Made by a program: the position numbers and the translations under genes
From: Candidatus Hodarchaeota archaeon
GTDB lineage: Archaea > Asgardarchaeota > Odinarchaeia > Odinarchaeales > JBHLKK01
Assembly: GCA_048886745.1 (NCBI GenBank)
Contig: JBHLKK010000001.1
Span: 33,925-97,924 of the forward strand
Reading direction: 5' to 3'
Length of the DNA stretch: 64,000 bases
In this document: positions 9,241 through 18,783 of the stretch, piece after piece
Position numbering within the stretch: position 1 is the first letter of the stretch
Layout: each line of letters starts with the position of its first letter
Notes under the pieces: generated by a model
What the model saw: only the letters and a program-made list of their open reading frames with translations
The model's database searches: none
What the model was told of the DNA's origin: nothing

Positions 9241-9747
9241 TTGAAAGGTGTCTATACTCTAGTGTTCATAATTCCACAGGAAATCCGGATTAAGATCGGA
9301 AGTCTGGGAACCGTCAGATTTGAAACAGGCATTTATGCTTACATTGGCTCAGCATTAGGTGTGGGCATTGCCAGTCTTAAAGGTAGAATAAAACGACATA
9401 TTTCGAAGAGGAAGAGAATCTTCTGGCACATTGATTATCTTTTGATGCACGAGGAAGTGCAAATTATCGAGGTCATTTATGCTAGGACCAACCTAAAAAT
9501 GGAATGTGAGATTTCAGGAATATTAGAGAGCTCTCCCCTAGTTACCACTCCTATCGAGAGATTTGGTGCATCTGACTGTGAGAGCGGGTGTAGGAGTCAT
9601 CTTTGTCATATCAAAACAAACATGGAAGAAGCCCTGCGAATAATAATCCGCTGCTATAGCAGAGCAGGGCAAGAGCCAGAAAGATTCAGATTAAATCGAT
9701 ATGGCACTCCCAAACTCAAGGTATCATTAATGTTGAGGTCTCTTTGA
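9241..9747 (+). CDS. GIY-YIG-like nuclease family protein (DUF123)
   Basis: GVYTLVF...GIYAYIGSALG...LKGRIKRHISKRKRIFWHIDYLL is the characteristic DUF123 signature. The start codon is TTG. Confidence 0.75.
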   Translation: MKGVYTLVFIIPQEIRIKIGSLGTVRFETGIYAYIGSALGVGIASLKGRIKRHISKRKRIFWHIDYLLMHEEVQIIEVIYARTNLKMECEISGILESSPLVTTPIERFGASDCESGCRSHLCHIKTNMEEALRIIIRCYSRAGQEPERFRLNRYGTPKLKVSLMLRSL

Positions 9748-9786
9748 CCTCAGTTCAATGTCAATTTTCCGTGGTTATATTTGGGT

Positions 9787-10089
9787 TTATTGTTTCTTGA
9801 CCTTCAGAGGAAGTTTCTTGAACAATGATTTTACGGCAGATAATAACCGTGAGATGATACTATCATATTTAGCTAGAGAAACAGGAATATCTGAAGAAAG
9901 GGATAGAACAGTGAATATTCCTCGTTCAGTTTTTGATCCGCTGGATGATATGTCAACGTTTTTGAACCCTTGCTTCTTAAACACGTTTTTTGCGTCCTCC
10001 ATCTCTATGAATTCCCAGATGTTGACGGGAGGATAGAATTCAATTTTCAGGTTGCATTTTGTAAGATCTTCTATTTCCTGGAATCTCAT
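9787..10089 (-). CDS. Hypothetical protein; possibly the C-terminal remnant of a class I methyltransferase
   Basis: The ORF-track start at 10131 is TTG and the first ATG is at 10089. The open frame upstream reads KYQGFDGGFLLAAPTGRF, which resembles the post-motif region of SAM methyltransferases. It overlaps an opposite-strand ORF (9758..10036). Confidence 0.3.
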   Translation of the reverse strand: MRFQEIEDLTKCNLKIEFYPPVNIWEFIEMEDAKNVFKKQGFKNVDISSSGSKTERGIFTVLSLSSDIPVSLAKYDSIISRLLSAVKSLFKKLPLKVKKQ

Positions 10090-10223
10090 GGAAATCTTTG
10101 TGGGTGAAAATCTTCCAGTTGGAGCAGCCAATAGGAATCCTCCATCGAATCCTTGATATTTCTAGAGTCTGAGAGCCTTTTATGCTTTTCTTTTAGTTCC
10201 TGGTACGAGTCCCTTGCAAGATT

Positions 10224-13200
10224 CTATTCGAGTGCTTTTTCGTATACAGCCGCTATTCTTTGGGCAACTTTCTTCCAGGAGCATACTTTTAATACAAAAT
10301 CCCTGGCATTTCTTCCCATCTGTCTCCTTTTTTTATCATTATTGAGGAGATCGAGAATGGCCTCGGATAGATTCTCCACAAGTTCAGAATCCAGACTTAC
10401 GAGTCGTCCTACATCGCGGTTTACGAATTCCTCGAACGATTCTATCCTGGAGGCAACTGTGGGTAAACCACATGCCATAGCCTCCAAAACAGATATACTC
10501 ATTAATTCCATTTTGGTCATTGTCACGAATAGGTCTGCATGTCTGAGGAGTCTGATCTTTTCTTCTTCTGGAACGTAGCCAGTAATAACAACATTTTTGC
10601 TTCCATACCTACTTTTCAGAGAATTATAAAGAGGACCCTTTCCTACAATCATCAAGCGAACCCTTTCACCAAAATCACATTTCAAATAAGCTTTGATCAG
10701 TGGCTCTATGTTTTTCTCAGGGGATAATCTTCCAACATATAGGATGGTTTTCTCTTTCTTCTTCTTCAACGGTATTGGTCTGAATACATTCACATCTACT
10801 CCTGTCGGAATGTGATTTACATTAGGAAATCCTGCACTTTTCACAAAACTCTCCTGCGATTTGGAGGTTACTATTATCTGATCTGACTGTTTTAGATATC
10901 TTTTCCCTATTTGATACATTAGACGGGAGAGATATCCATATGTTGAATCCTGAAGTGATAAAGCATAGTGAAGGTTGGAGACTATGGGCACATTCAATCT
11001 CCTTGCAGCCTTAAAGGCATAAGCATCCCAGGTTGTAGTAGGCCAGTGTAGGTGCAAAAGCTGAAATGGTTGCTTCTTATGAATTCTCAGAATTGTGTTT
11101 ATCGCCTCTTCGCCTTTGGGAAGTACAAAATAGAATTCTCCAATTCTAACTCTTGTGGGAAGGGGAATGTCCTCAGGATATATAGGTTCCATATCCTTCT
11201 CTTCTGGAAAATAGAAGCCAACTATCTTTGCATCATCTTTCTCTAGGTGTTTACGAAGATGCGCAACGTAGTGATATATGCCATGAGTGGCCCCTGGATA
11301 AATCATACCAATATGTCGAGTTTTTCCCTCTATGTGCTCTTCTTCTCTTGGGCTAACCACCAGCTCATTTCTATCTTCAGGATGACATTCTAAGCCCCCC
11401 ACAAGATAGTGCGGCATCGCTATTGATTTTGCAGTTGCCAGCATAGTCTCAGGATTTTTATGTTCGAGTAGTGACAGAACAGAGACTTGTCTGTAGATTC
11501 CCGCATGGATCCAGTTGGTGCGAAGACTTACATCAATGCCAAGAACATCCTTTTCCTGAATTAGTCGGTCAAATGATTTTCCAATAGTCTCATCGGGATT
11601 GCATATAGCCCAAATAAGCATATTGCTTTTATTATCAACAAAAACCGATCCATTATCATAATCAGAGACTATGTGGGAGTCTCCAGTGTCTAATCCGATG
11701 TATGGAACTAGAGCCTGCCGACAATCCACATCTTCAACGAGTGTCTTTATCTCAAGCGGATTAAATAGGAGCATTGGTGTTTCATCGACATTGAAGACAT
11801 AAATTCTAAAAGTAAGCTTGTGAACATCAGTTGCAAACTTACCTGAGAGTCTTAAACAAAATGGGCTATCTTTGTTGTCCAAAGTCACCCCAGAAGTTCT
11901 CTTTTTGATCTTTTTCCACTCATGCATTCTAATGTCATCTTCTGCCTTCTTTGGTCCCACTCCAAAAAGAGCATCCCTTACATTACTTGAAGTGAGGAGA
12001 AGCCGAAGATGATATTGACGTAAAGGTCTCTTTATTGTTCGTCTGAGTCCTGCATACCGAGAATAACTAGGCCAAAATGACACTCCAATACCTTTTTTGT
12101 TGAGGACATTCTTACCATTAGTGTCTTTTACTGATTCTATTACACCTGTTCTTTGATTTATTCTGCAGAATTCTCTCCAGTCATCGTTTTCTCTTACTTC
12201 TATCGATAAGCATTCTCCATCGAGATTGCACCTTACTCTGCTTGGTATTCTTCTTCTTGTTCGAGCTTTGTCATCAAAATAAATGAAAAGCTGTGTTTGA
12301 GGATGTCTGACAGGTATATGAGCAATGATTTCATCACCAATGGATAATCGAGTTTCATCCTTACTAATGACATGAGAGGAGATCAACTTGCCTTTATGGA
12401 TTATTCGGATAGATTGTGGATTTACTGCAGTATCCTGATTATCAAGCAAGTGTTTAGCTGGAATGATAACGGGAACCTTTGCCAGATCAGAAGGCAAATC
12501 AAAAAGAAATAGAGGAATACGATGTTTCCAGCTCTTATTCCACCATTTTTCAGTTGTCCCTTCTCCTGTCTGCAATTGAATGAAATGTTTACCGCTGGGA
12601 ACTATGATGTCTCTGGATTTCAAATCTTTTCCGTTTAGTTTGGTCAGAACCTCTCCGTCAATAGACAGGAGAATCTTATCTGAAGGGAAGTTCCTGACAG
12701 TAATCCTGGGACGAGTTCCATTGTACCATATTTTGATTCTTTGGTCTTCAGGACTCCAGAGAGCAAGAAGGTTTCCGACTGACTTCCCTGTAACCCTTAT
12801 TCCTGAATCATTCTGTTTTCCAATAAGGACTGTTGAGGTTTGACCCTTTTTCAGATTAATGCCAAAAACACTTCTATTGCTTCTCGACACAATTTCTTCC
12901 TTGTCTATCTCTGCACGTCGTCCGGCTAGGTATGGTGAGTGTATTTCGATTCCTGAAAGCTCAACATCTGAGTCGTTCTCCAAAACAATGTAAACGATTC
13001 CGTTTTTTAGGTAAATTTCCTTAAGAAAGCTGCATCTTTCCAAGAGCTCAATCTTGCCTCTTCTTATTTTGAAACTGACCTTCTTGTCCAGCGTATCACA
13101 TTCCATCGATGCTAGAAGAAGCTCGTTGGCAGCAAATGTTTGTTGAACCGGTATTTCTTCCAGTCTGTGAATATAGTTGAAGAAGTAAGTCTCACTAAGG

Positions 13201-15161
13201 CCACCATCATGTTCTCTAAATTTAAGCGCTTTCCAATAAACATAATCGAAAACTTTTTTCCAGAAAGGATCTCCGGTTAACCTATATAGTCTTGCATAGA
13301 CCGGTAGAACCATGACCGTTTCATAAGGGGCTACTCGAGGAGTTATAGAAAAAGAAAGCGGATCAAAACCACCATGAATCTCAAGGTTGTCCGATTCCCA
13401 CCAAAAGTGCCATGTTAGAAGATATTTGGCCCAAGCCAAACCATAGTCTAGGAATCTTCGAGTATGAAGTGTCTCATAGGCATCTAAATTGGCATGAGCA
13501 GCTATAATTGCAGATATTCCTTCTTCCTCGTCCACTCCAGCATCTCTTAGATAATTGTACCCTAAACATGCAAAAGCTTTCGGGTTAAGCCAACCTAGCC
13601 CCTTCAATGCCGCGGAAAGGTAAATCTTCTCACCCGTTATGCGGTAGGCCATAAGAAGAGCTCTGATGCACTCTGCACTTCCACCAACAGACTCCTTAGA
13701 TTCAAAATCCATCCTGCGGGCAGGGTACTCACGAAAAACTTTTATTCCAAGTCGCCAAGCTCCATTCTCTTTTTGGGTTTTTAGTATCCAGTCAAGCGCA
13801 TCCAAACCAGCATTCAAAGCTCTTCTGTCCTCAAGGTCTTCCCAGTCTCGTCGCACACTGAATAATTCTAGGAACTTCAGAGCAATAGTTGCTTGACCGC
13901 CTGGATATCCCGCATATCCACTCCTAAGGTAAGAATATCCTTCAGCTGCTACTCCGTTATAAGCGATACCATTGTGCCAGATCCTGCAATTGTTCTTGAT
14001 TTCGGAGAGATTCTCGGAAAGCAGCAGCTTTCTTAATTGCCTTGACCAATTGAGGAAGAATCTGTTGCCGCTCTTCAAGTAGTAGCGGTAGAAACCTACC
14101 ATTCGTTCTGCTTCAAAAGAGGTAAGACCGAATAGTAAATCATCAAACAGAAAAGATGGATGATCCTTATATGGAAGCTGTAGAAAGGTTTTCAGCCTAT
14201 CATCCCAGGCTCTCCAAAAAGCGTTTTGGGTTTTTGCCGCAACTTTTCTGCAGGTTTCAATATCCAGATCTACGGGCTCCAAGGGCTTCATTTGGAAGAA
14301 CTTGTCGACAGCTTCAGTCCAAATACCATATCCGTATAAAATGGTTGCTGTGGATTTGATCTCTTCCCCAGCGTCCAGAATTATAGGAAGAGGCTCAGGT
14401 TTTGGATGGCGGCCCAGCCAAATATTGCTTTTTAGCATTAGTTCTTGGGAGCAGTAGGCTAAAGCCGCAACATTGTTCCCTGTTTCAGAGGTTTTTTTAC
14501 CCTCAAATCTTATGGAATGAACAAGATCTTGACCAAGACTTGATTTTTCAACTGGAGAAAATGCAATCCCAAAATATGAATTGGAGGAGTCAAATACTAT
14601 AAGAGGCATTTTGCAGTACATTGCACTTCGATAATAGTTTCCATCGATGACTGTTGGCGGAATCTTGGATTTATAGTAGGTCGAGAAAGGATAGGGGAAA
14701 TCAAATGTTCGATTAACTATATCAAAGTCGTTGGAGCGAATATATCTCATACCACCTACAAAGGCATAATTCAACGGAAATGTGTAGCACAAAATCGGAT
14801 TCTCAAAAAGAACTAGTTCAACTCTATCTTGAGAGGTGCATGTTGTCATTATTCGAGGAAAAGACGTTGAAAAATCCCAGATTGTGTGGATTTTCCATCC
14901 TTTGGATTTTCCAGATATCTTAATTCTATCCTTTTCGACCACAATGTCGTTCAGCGGTATTCTAAGTTTCAGGGGTTCTCCATCTATCTTATAAATTATA
15001 GTAGGAGGGTTTGGCTCAAAGGCTATCTTTCTATCCCTTGAAAATCCTTTGTCCGTAAGGTAGAGCCCTTCCAAGAGCCAACCATTTTCTCCCTTTCTCC
15101 ATTGCCATTTTTCATTATTCTTTACAAGGGTAACTACACCTTCTTTTCCCGTGATCTCCAT
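10224..15161 (-). CDS. Giant (1645 aa) multidomain protein: N-terminal beta-rich + (alpha/alpha)-toroid glycoside-hydrolase-like region, beta-sandwich middle, C-terminal GT4 glycosyltransferase
   Basis: The C-terminal ~390 aa carry GT4/GT-B signatures: HLHWPTTTWDAYAFKAARRLNVPIV, ILYVGRLSPEKNIEPLIKAY, VLEAMACGLPTVASRIESFEEFV. Residues ~400-700 have toroid-like repeats (GGSAECIRALLMAYRITGEKIYLSAALKGLGWL). Start is ATG at 15161. No signal peptide is visible. Confidence 0.85.
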   Translation of the reverse strand: MEITGKEGVVTLVKNNEKWQWRKGENGWLLEGLYLTDKGFSRDRKIAFEPNPPTIIYKIDGEPLKLRIPLNDIVVEKDRIKISGKSKGWKIHTIWDFSTSFPRIMTTCTSQDRVELVLFENPILCYTFPLNYAFVGGMRYIRSNDFDIVNRTFDFPYPFSTYYKSKIPPTVIDGNYYRSAMYCKMPLIVFDSSNSYFGIAFSPVEKSSLGQDLVHSIRFEGKKTSETGNNVAALAYCSQELMLKSNIWLGRHPKPEPLPIILDAGEEIKSTATILYGYGIWTEAVDKFFQMKPLEPVDLDIETCRKVAAKTQNAFWRAWDDRLKTFLQLPYKDHPSFLFDDLLFGLTSFEAERMVGFYRYYLKSGNRFFLNWSRQLRKLLLSENLSEIKNNCRIWHNGIAYNGVAAEGYSYLRSGYAGYPGGQATIALKFLELFSVRRDWEDLEDRRALNAGLDALDWILKTQKENGAWRLGIKVFREYPARRMDFESKESVGGSAECIRALLMAYRITGEKIYLSAALKGLGWLNPKAFACLGYNYLRDAGVDEEEGISAIIAAHANLDAYETLHTRRFLDYGLAWAKYLLTWHFWWESDNLEIHGGFDPLSFSITPRVAPYETVMVLPVYARLYRLTGDPFWKKVFDYVYWKALKFREHDGGLSETYFFNYIHRLEEIPVQQTFAANELLLASMECDTLDKKVSFKIRRGKIELLERCSFLKEIYLKNGIVYIVLENDSDVELSGIEIHSPYLAGRRAEIDKEEIVSRSNRSVFGINLKKGQTSTVLIGKQNDSGIRVTGKSVGNLLALWSPEDQRIKIWYNGTRPRITVRNFPSDKILLSIDGEVLTKLNGKDLKSRDIIVPSGKHFIQLQTGEGTTEKWWNKSWKHRIPLFLFDLPSDLAKVPVIIPAKHLLDNQDTAVNPQSIRIIHKGKLISSHVISKDETRLSIGDEIIAHIPVRHPQTQLFIYFDDKARTRRRIPSRVRCNLDGECLSIEVRENDDWREFCRINQRTGVIESVKDTNGKNVLNKKGIGVSFWPSYSRYAGLRRTIKRPLRQYHLRLLLTSSNVRDALFGVGPKKAEDDIRMHEWKKIKKRTSGVTLDNKDSPFCLRLSGKFATDVHKLTFRIYVFNVDETPMLLFNPLEIKTLVEDVDCRQALVPYIGLDTGDSHIVSDYDNGSVFVDNKSNMLIWAICNPDETIGKSFDRLIQEKDVLGIDVSLRTNWIHAGIYRQVSVLSLLEHKNPETMLATAKSIAMPHYLVGGLECHPEDRNELVVSPREEEHIEGKTRHIGMIYPGATHGIYHYVAHLRKHLEKDDAKIVGFYFPEEKDMEPIYPEDIPLPTRVRIGEFYFVLPKGEEAINTILRIHKKQPFQLLHLHWPTTTWDAYAFKAARRLNVPIVSNLHYALSLQDSTYGYLSRLMYQIGKRYLKQSDQIIVTSKSQESFVKSAGFPNVNHIPTGVDVNVFRPIPLKKKKEKTILYVGRLSPEKNIEPLIKAYLKCDFGERVRLMIVGKGPLYNSLKSRYGSKNVVITGYVPEEEKIRLLRHADLFVTMTKMELMSISVLEAMACGLPTVASRIESFEEFVNRDVGRLVSLDSELVENLSEAILDLLNNDKKRRQMGRNARDFVLKVCSWKKVAQRIAAVYEKALE

Positions 15162-15354
15162 GGCATACTTCTCCGCAGGAATTCAATAGAGAAATCAGAA
15201 AACTTCAGAGTGACTATTAGTCTTGCTCTTAAATATAATTTCTTTGGATATCACGCTTATAATGCTAGTATTGCTGATCCTGTAGGTTGGTCGTAAAGGG
15301 CCGGATAGTACTGTGAAAACAGAAAAGCAAACATAAATCTGTGTTTTAAAAGCC

Positions 15355-15999
15355 CTATGTTTCACTGTTAAACGATGATAAAAACATGGCTTCTTGCGCC
15401 ATAAGTCCCAGTAGAATGAGTGTTTCCCTACCTTGTTCGCTCAACCCGTAGTTGCTTCCAATCTTTAGAATAAGTCCTTCACCCATTAAGGCATTAATGT
15501 GATGATATAATGAGCCTCCTTTCTTACCAATGATTTTTTGGATTTCCTTAACAGACCTATCTCTTTCTCCCAGATGTACTAGCATTTTCAGCCTCTCAAC
15601 ACTTGACATGGTTTGAATGAAACTTGAAAGTCTGTTGAATGTATCATCAGAGTTGCCTTCAACATTCTTCGGCGACAAAAGATTATCATTATAATCGTAC
15701 GACTGGCTATGTATAATTAATGGCTGGTTGCGTCTGTACTCTGTGGCTATCAGAAATATGAGGCCCGATTTCGTATTCCTTGAAGCACTTATGGCCTCAA
15801 CCATCATCTTTTCCAGGGCTCGGGTCTTGGCAATATCGGGATCGGCTCGAATACCGGGTACATCGGGCTGCGGAGTTTGCAAGAGCATATCGCCAATCTT
15901 ATCGAGTTGGAGTTTTATTCCTTTAACATCCAGGGAAACACCCTCAAGTTCGGCGATTTTGTTCCTGAGTTTAGAGATCTCATGTCTTACAGACTCCAT
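15355..15999 (-). CDS. ArsR-family winged-helix regulator with N-terminal coiled coil
   Basis: The C-terminal VERLKMLVHLGERDRSVKEIQKIIGKKGGSLYHHINALMGEGLI is an ArsR/SmtB-type HTH. I prefer ATG 15999 (MESVRHEISKLRNKIAELEG) over the 62-aa unconvincing N-terminal extension in the ORF track. Confidence 0.65.
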   Translation of the reverse strand: MESVRHEISKLRNKIAELEGVSLDVKGIKLQLDKIGDMLLQTPQPDVPGIRADPDIAKTRALEKMMVEAISASRNTKSGLIFLIATEYRRNQPLIIHSQSYDYNDNLLSPKNVEGNSDDTFNRLSSFIQTMSSVERLKMLVHLGERDRSVKEIQKIIGKKGGSLYHHINALMGEGLILKIGSNYGLSEQGRETLILLGLMAQEAMFLSSFNSET

Positions 16000-16419
16000 C
16001 TGAACCCCTTCTGTAATGATAATACAATCTCTTGTAATATACATCCAAATATTTGTACTTTTAATCCTAAAAAGTTTGCGTTTTGAATGTTCTTTACAGT
16101 AATTTGTATGATGTGTGGAGAAAAGGCCGACAAAAATGATATCTGAAAAATCGGTTCCCCAGATCCAAAATCCAGTCAAATCCAATAAACATTACCTATC
16201 ACGCAAGAGAATTTGATATTGTCCTATCTGGTGAGAATGTGAGTGGAATCAAGTCAACCCAAAATTCTTATATTCGATCATCACTTTATTAGAGCGCTGG
16301 ATATTTTTTAAGAAAGTTGAAGAAAGAGGCCTTAAGGTTGTTAGGGGTCTGGATCTCAAGAGAAAAGAGCCCTCTCAGAAAATCCTGAAATGCATGGAAT
16401 TCCAAAAAGGTGAAAGCAT

Positions 16420-16932
16420 TTGAGGAAACAGGACAAATTATTTGTCGCTTTAAATGAGATCAAAGAGCGATATAGCGATCTAACAGATATTCATCGAACG
16501 AGACTCGAAGAACTTCTTGGCCTGTTGGAAAAACTAAAAACTTCTGAGCCTGGGGACCAAGCAGAGATAGTCAACTCGCTGGTAGATAAGATATTTGCTT
16601 TCAGTGAATTCTTAAAGCAGCTAGAGATTTGGGCATATGACGTTGGAAGTCTGGAGATTGCTGAAAACACCATTGATAGAATGGTGTCTTCATTCTCTTC
16701 ACAAGTGAAGGAGGAAATAGAAACGCTTGAAAGAGTAAAGGCTTCCAGCCGAGATTTAGTAAAAACGAAAGGACTAGACACTCCTTTGACTAAAGGTGTA
16801 AAAGAAGCATTTGCCAGAAATACCTCAAACTTGGAAGAGGTTTCCTCGAAAGTTAGACAATATGGAGAAGAACTATTCGATCTGCTCTTGAAAAAGGAGG
16901 GACTAATAAACTCATCATTAGATCATCTCTAA
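16420..16932 (+). CDS. Hypothetical coiled-coil protein
   Basis: 170 aa, all-helical with heptad-like composition. The TTG start is preceded by AGGTGA 6 nt upstream. It is divergent from the ArsR-like gene. Confidence 0.5.
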   Translation: MRKQDKLFVALNEIKERYSDLTDIHRTRLEELLGLLEKLKTSEPGDQAEIVNSLVDKIFAFSEFLKQLEIWAYDVGSLEIAENTIDRMVSSFSSQVKEEIETLERVKASSRDLVKTKGLDTPLTKGVKEAFARNTSNLEEVSSKVRQYGEELFDLLLKKEGLINSSLDHL

Positions 16933-17031
16933 AACCCTCTTTTCTTTTTTGATCACAAAAGGAAGTTCATCGCTTCACCATACGAATTTTTAATATATAT
17001 TCTTGAATAATCATTTGTTTGGTGGTTAAGA

Positions 17032-18195
17032 ATGAAGGCCGTCATTCCCGCAGGTGGATACGGAACTAGATTAAGACCGCTTACCTATACAAGACCCAAA
17101 GCTCTATTGCCTATAGCCGGAAAGCCAATGTTATATTTCATAATAAAACATTTGTCAAAGCATGGGATTAATGAGATGATTGTCTCAGCGAATGCTGAAT
17201 TTAGAGAGATAGAGGAATATTTTGGGGATGGATCGGGATTTGATGTAAAGCTAAGCTATGTATGGGAAAAGCAAAGACTTGGGGGAGTGGGTTGTATTAA
17301 GCATGCTTCCAAAGGATTAGAGGAGGCATTCTTGGTCATTCTCGCAGATAATCTGACGGACATTAACATATCAGAAATGATTAGGTTCCACAAGGAGAAG
17401 CAATCAGATGCAACTGTTGCCCTTGTATATTCAAAAACGCCGTGGTTATATGGAGTACCCGATATGAGGGATGATAACAGAATAAGAAGCTTCATTGAAA
17501 AACCCGATGAAGCTAAGCCCACTCATATAGCAACCGGAACCTACATATTTGAGCCTCAAATAATGAGCGATATTGACGATAGCAGATTTCTAGATCATAC
17601 TGGAGACATATTTCCAATAATCTTGCAAGCAAAAAAGAGAGTATATGGTTTTAAAACAAAGGCTTTTTGGGTAGATATTGGAGATTCCGCAAAATATCTT
17701 TTAGCCAACAAGTGGGCTTTAGATAGACTCGACAGGAAAGTTTCCCAAACCGTTAGTGCCCAAAATGCATCCATAATAGGAAGAGTCTACATTGGCAACA
17801 ACACGGTTATAGAGCCCGGAGTGAGAATCACAGGACCTGTTTTCATTGGTGATGATTGTCACATAAAGAAAAGAGCTGAAATTGATGCAAATACTTCAAT
17901 AGGTTCAAATGTCGCACTGGGTGAATCTGTTAAGATTGGCGGGAGTTTGATTTACGAGCAGTCAGAGATCGGAAATGAAACGAGAATAAGGGATTCCATT
18001 GTAGCGGAGAAAACAGTAGTTGAAAGGCACGTGAGAATTAATAATAGCGTTATTGGCTCAGAATGTCATATTGGAGATTCAGCAACGATTCGATCAAAAT
18101 CAAGGATATGGCCAAAAGTACGAATTGAAGCAAAATCAATAATAAAAGGAATTATAAGACATACCTATTTTCCCATTAGACTGGATTCATATTGA
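17032..18195 (+). CDS. Sugar-1-phosphate nucleotidyltransferase with C-terminal left-handed beta-helix
   Basis: N-terminal AGGYGTRLRPLTYTRPKALLPIAGKPML is the GxGTRLxPLT motif. The C-terminal hexapeptide-like repeats read IGNNTVIEPGVRITGPVFIGDDCHI... Confidence 0.8.
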   Translation: MKAVIPAGGYGTRLRPLTYTRPKALLPIAGKPMLYFIIKHLSKHGINEMIVSANAEFREIEEYFGDGSGFDVKLSYVWEKQRLGGVGCIKHASKGLEEAFLVILADNLTDINISEMIRFHKEKQSDATVALVYSKTPWLYGVPDMRDDNRIRSFIEKPDEAKPTHIATGTYIFEPQIMSDIDDSRFLDHTGDIFPIILQAKKRVYGFKTKAFWVDIGDSAKYLLANKWALDRLDRKVSQTVSAQNASIIGRVYIGNNTVIEPGVRITGPVFIGDDCHIKKRAEIDANTSIGSNVALGESVKIGGSLIYEQSEIGNETRIRDSIVAEKTVVERHVRINNSVIGSECHIGDSATIRSKSRIWPKVRIEAKSIIKGIIRHTYFPIRLDSY

Positions 18196-18201
18196 GTTTA
18201 T

Positions 18202-18771
18202 TCAGGGCACTAGGATCATTCGAATCAGGAATACCAACAGTAGAGTCCCTACTGCATCGCCTAGAGTTGTGATAATAGGCGGTGTAAAGTTATCTGGATC
18301 AAGCTTTTTTCGGACAACCATGTATGCAACGAATAAACCAATGCCACACATCAGAATGGTTGTGAAGATCCCGGAAACAAGTATTATTACAAACAATGCA
18401 AACAGACTCACCTCAATTCCAAAGAAGACAGCATTAATTCCAAAAGTTATCAAGGATAGTACTATGAACCCCGTCAAGGCCACCAAGGTCAATCCAATAA
18501 GATCTGAGAAAAGAATGCCATAAGGCCGATATTTTCGATCTAATTCACCGAGGAGTAAACGCGATGTTATTCTAGCTGCGAAGACGCTAGCAAACCCGCC
18601 AGCCATATTGATGAAAGCAGGAACCATTATTATTAGAAAAGGGAATTGTGTTACAAATATATTAAGAGCAGTTCCAAGGTTGTGTCCCGTGAATAGTGAG
18701 AATCCGAGTATGCTCAGTAGTATAGGCAGACTTTCCTTGACAATCCTTGACATCTTATACGTTTGGGCCAT
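18202..18771 (-). CDS. MgtE/SLC41-type divalent-cation transporter membrane domain protein (paralog 2)
   Basis: Five predicted TM segments. The C-terminal motif is LDPDNFTPPIITTLGDAVGTLLL, typical of MgtE TM domains. No cytosolic MgtE N/CBS domains are present. Confidence 0.65.
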   Translation of the reverse strand: MAQTYKMSRIVKESLPILLSILGFSLFTGHNLGTALNIFVTQFPFLIIMVPAFINMAGGFASVFAARITSRLLLGELDRKYRPYGILFSDLIGLTLVALTGFIVLSLITFGINAVFFGIEVSLFALFVIILVSGIFTTILMCGIGLFVAYMVVRKKLDPDNFTPPIITTLGDAVGTLLLVFLIRMILVP

Positions 18772-18783
18772 GTTTAGCTCCTC

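Noticed and set aside
10153-15296. Eight short plus-strand ORFs (10153..10578, 10539..10727, 11052..11246, 12580..12843, 13666..13896, 14156..14359, 14402..14602, 15102..15296) within the giant minus-strand gene
   Set aside because: All are embedded antisense in a 4.9-kb uninterrupted ORF with recognisable GT4 and toroid motifs. None has recognisable features.
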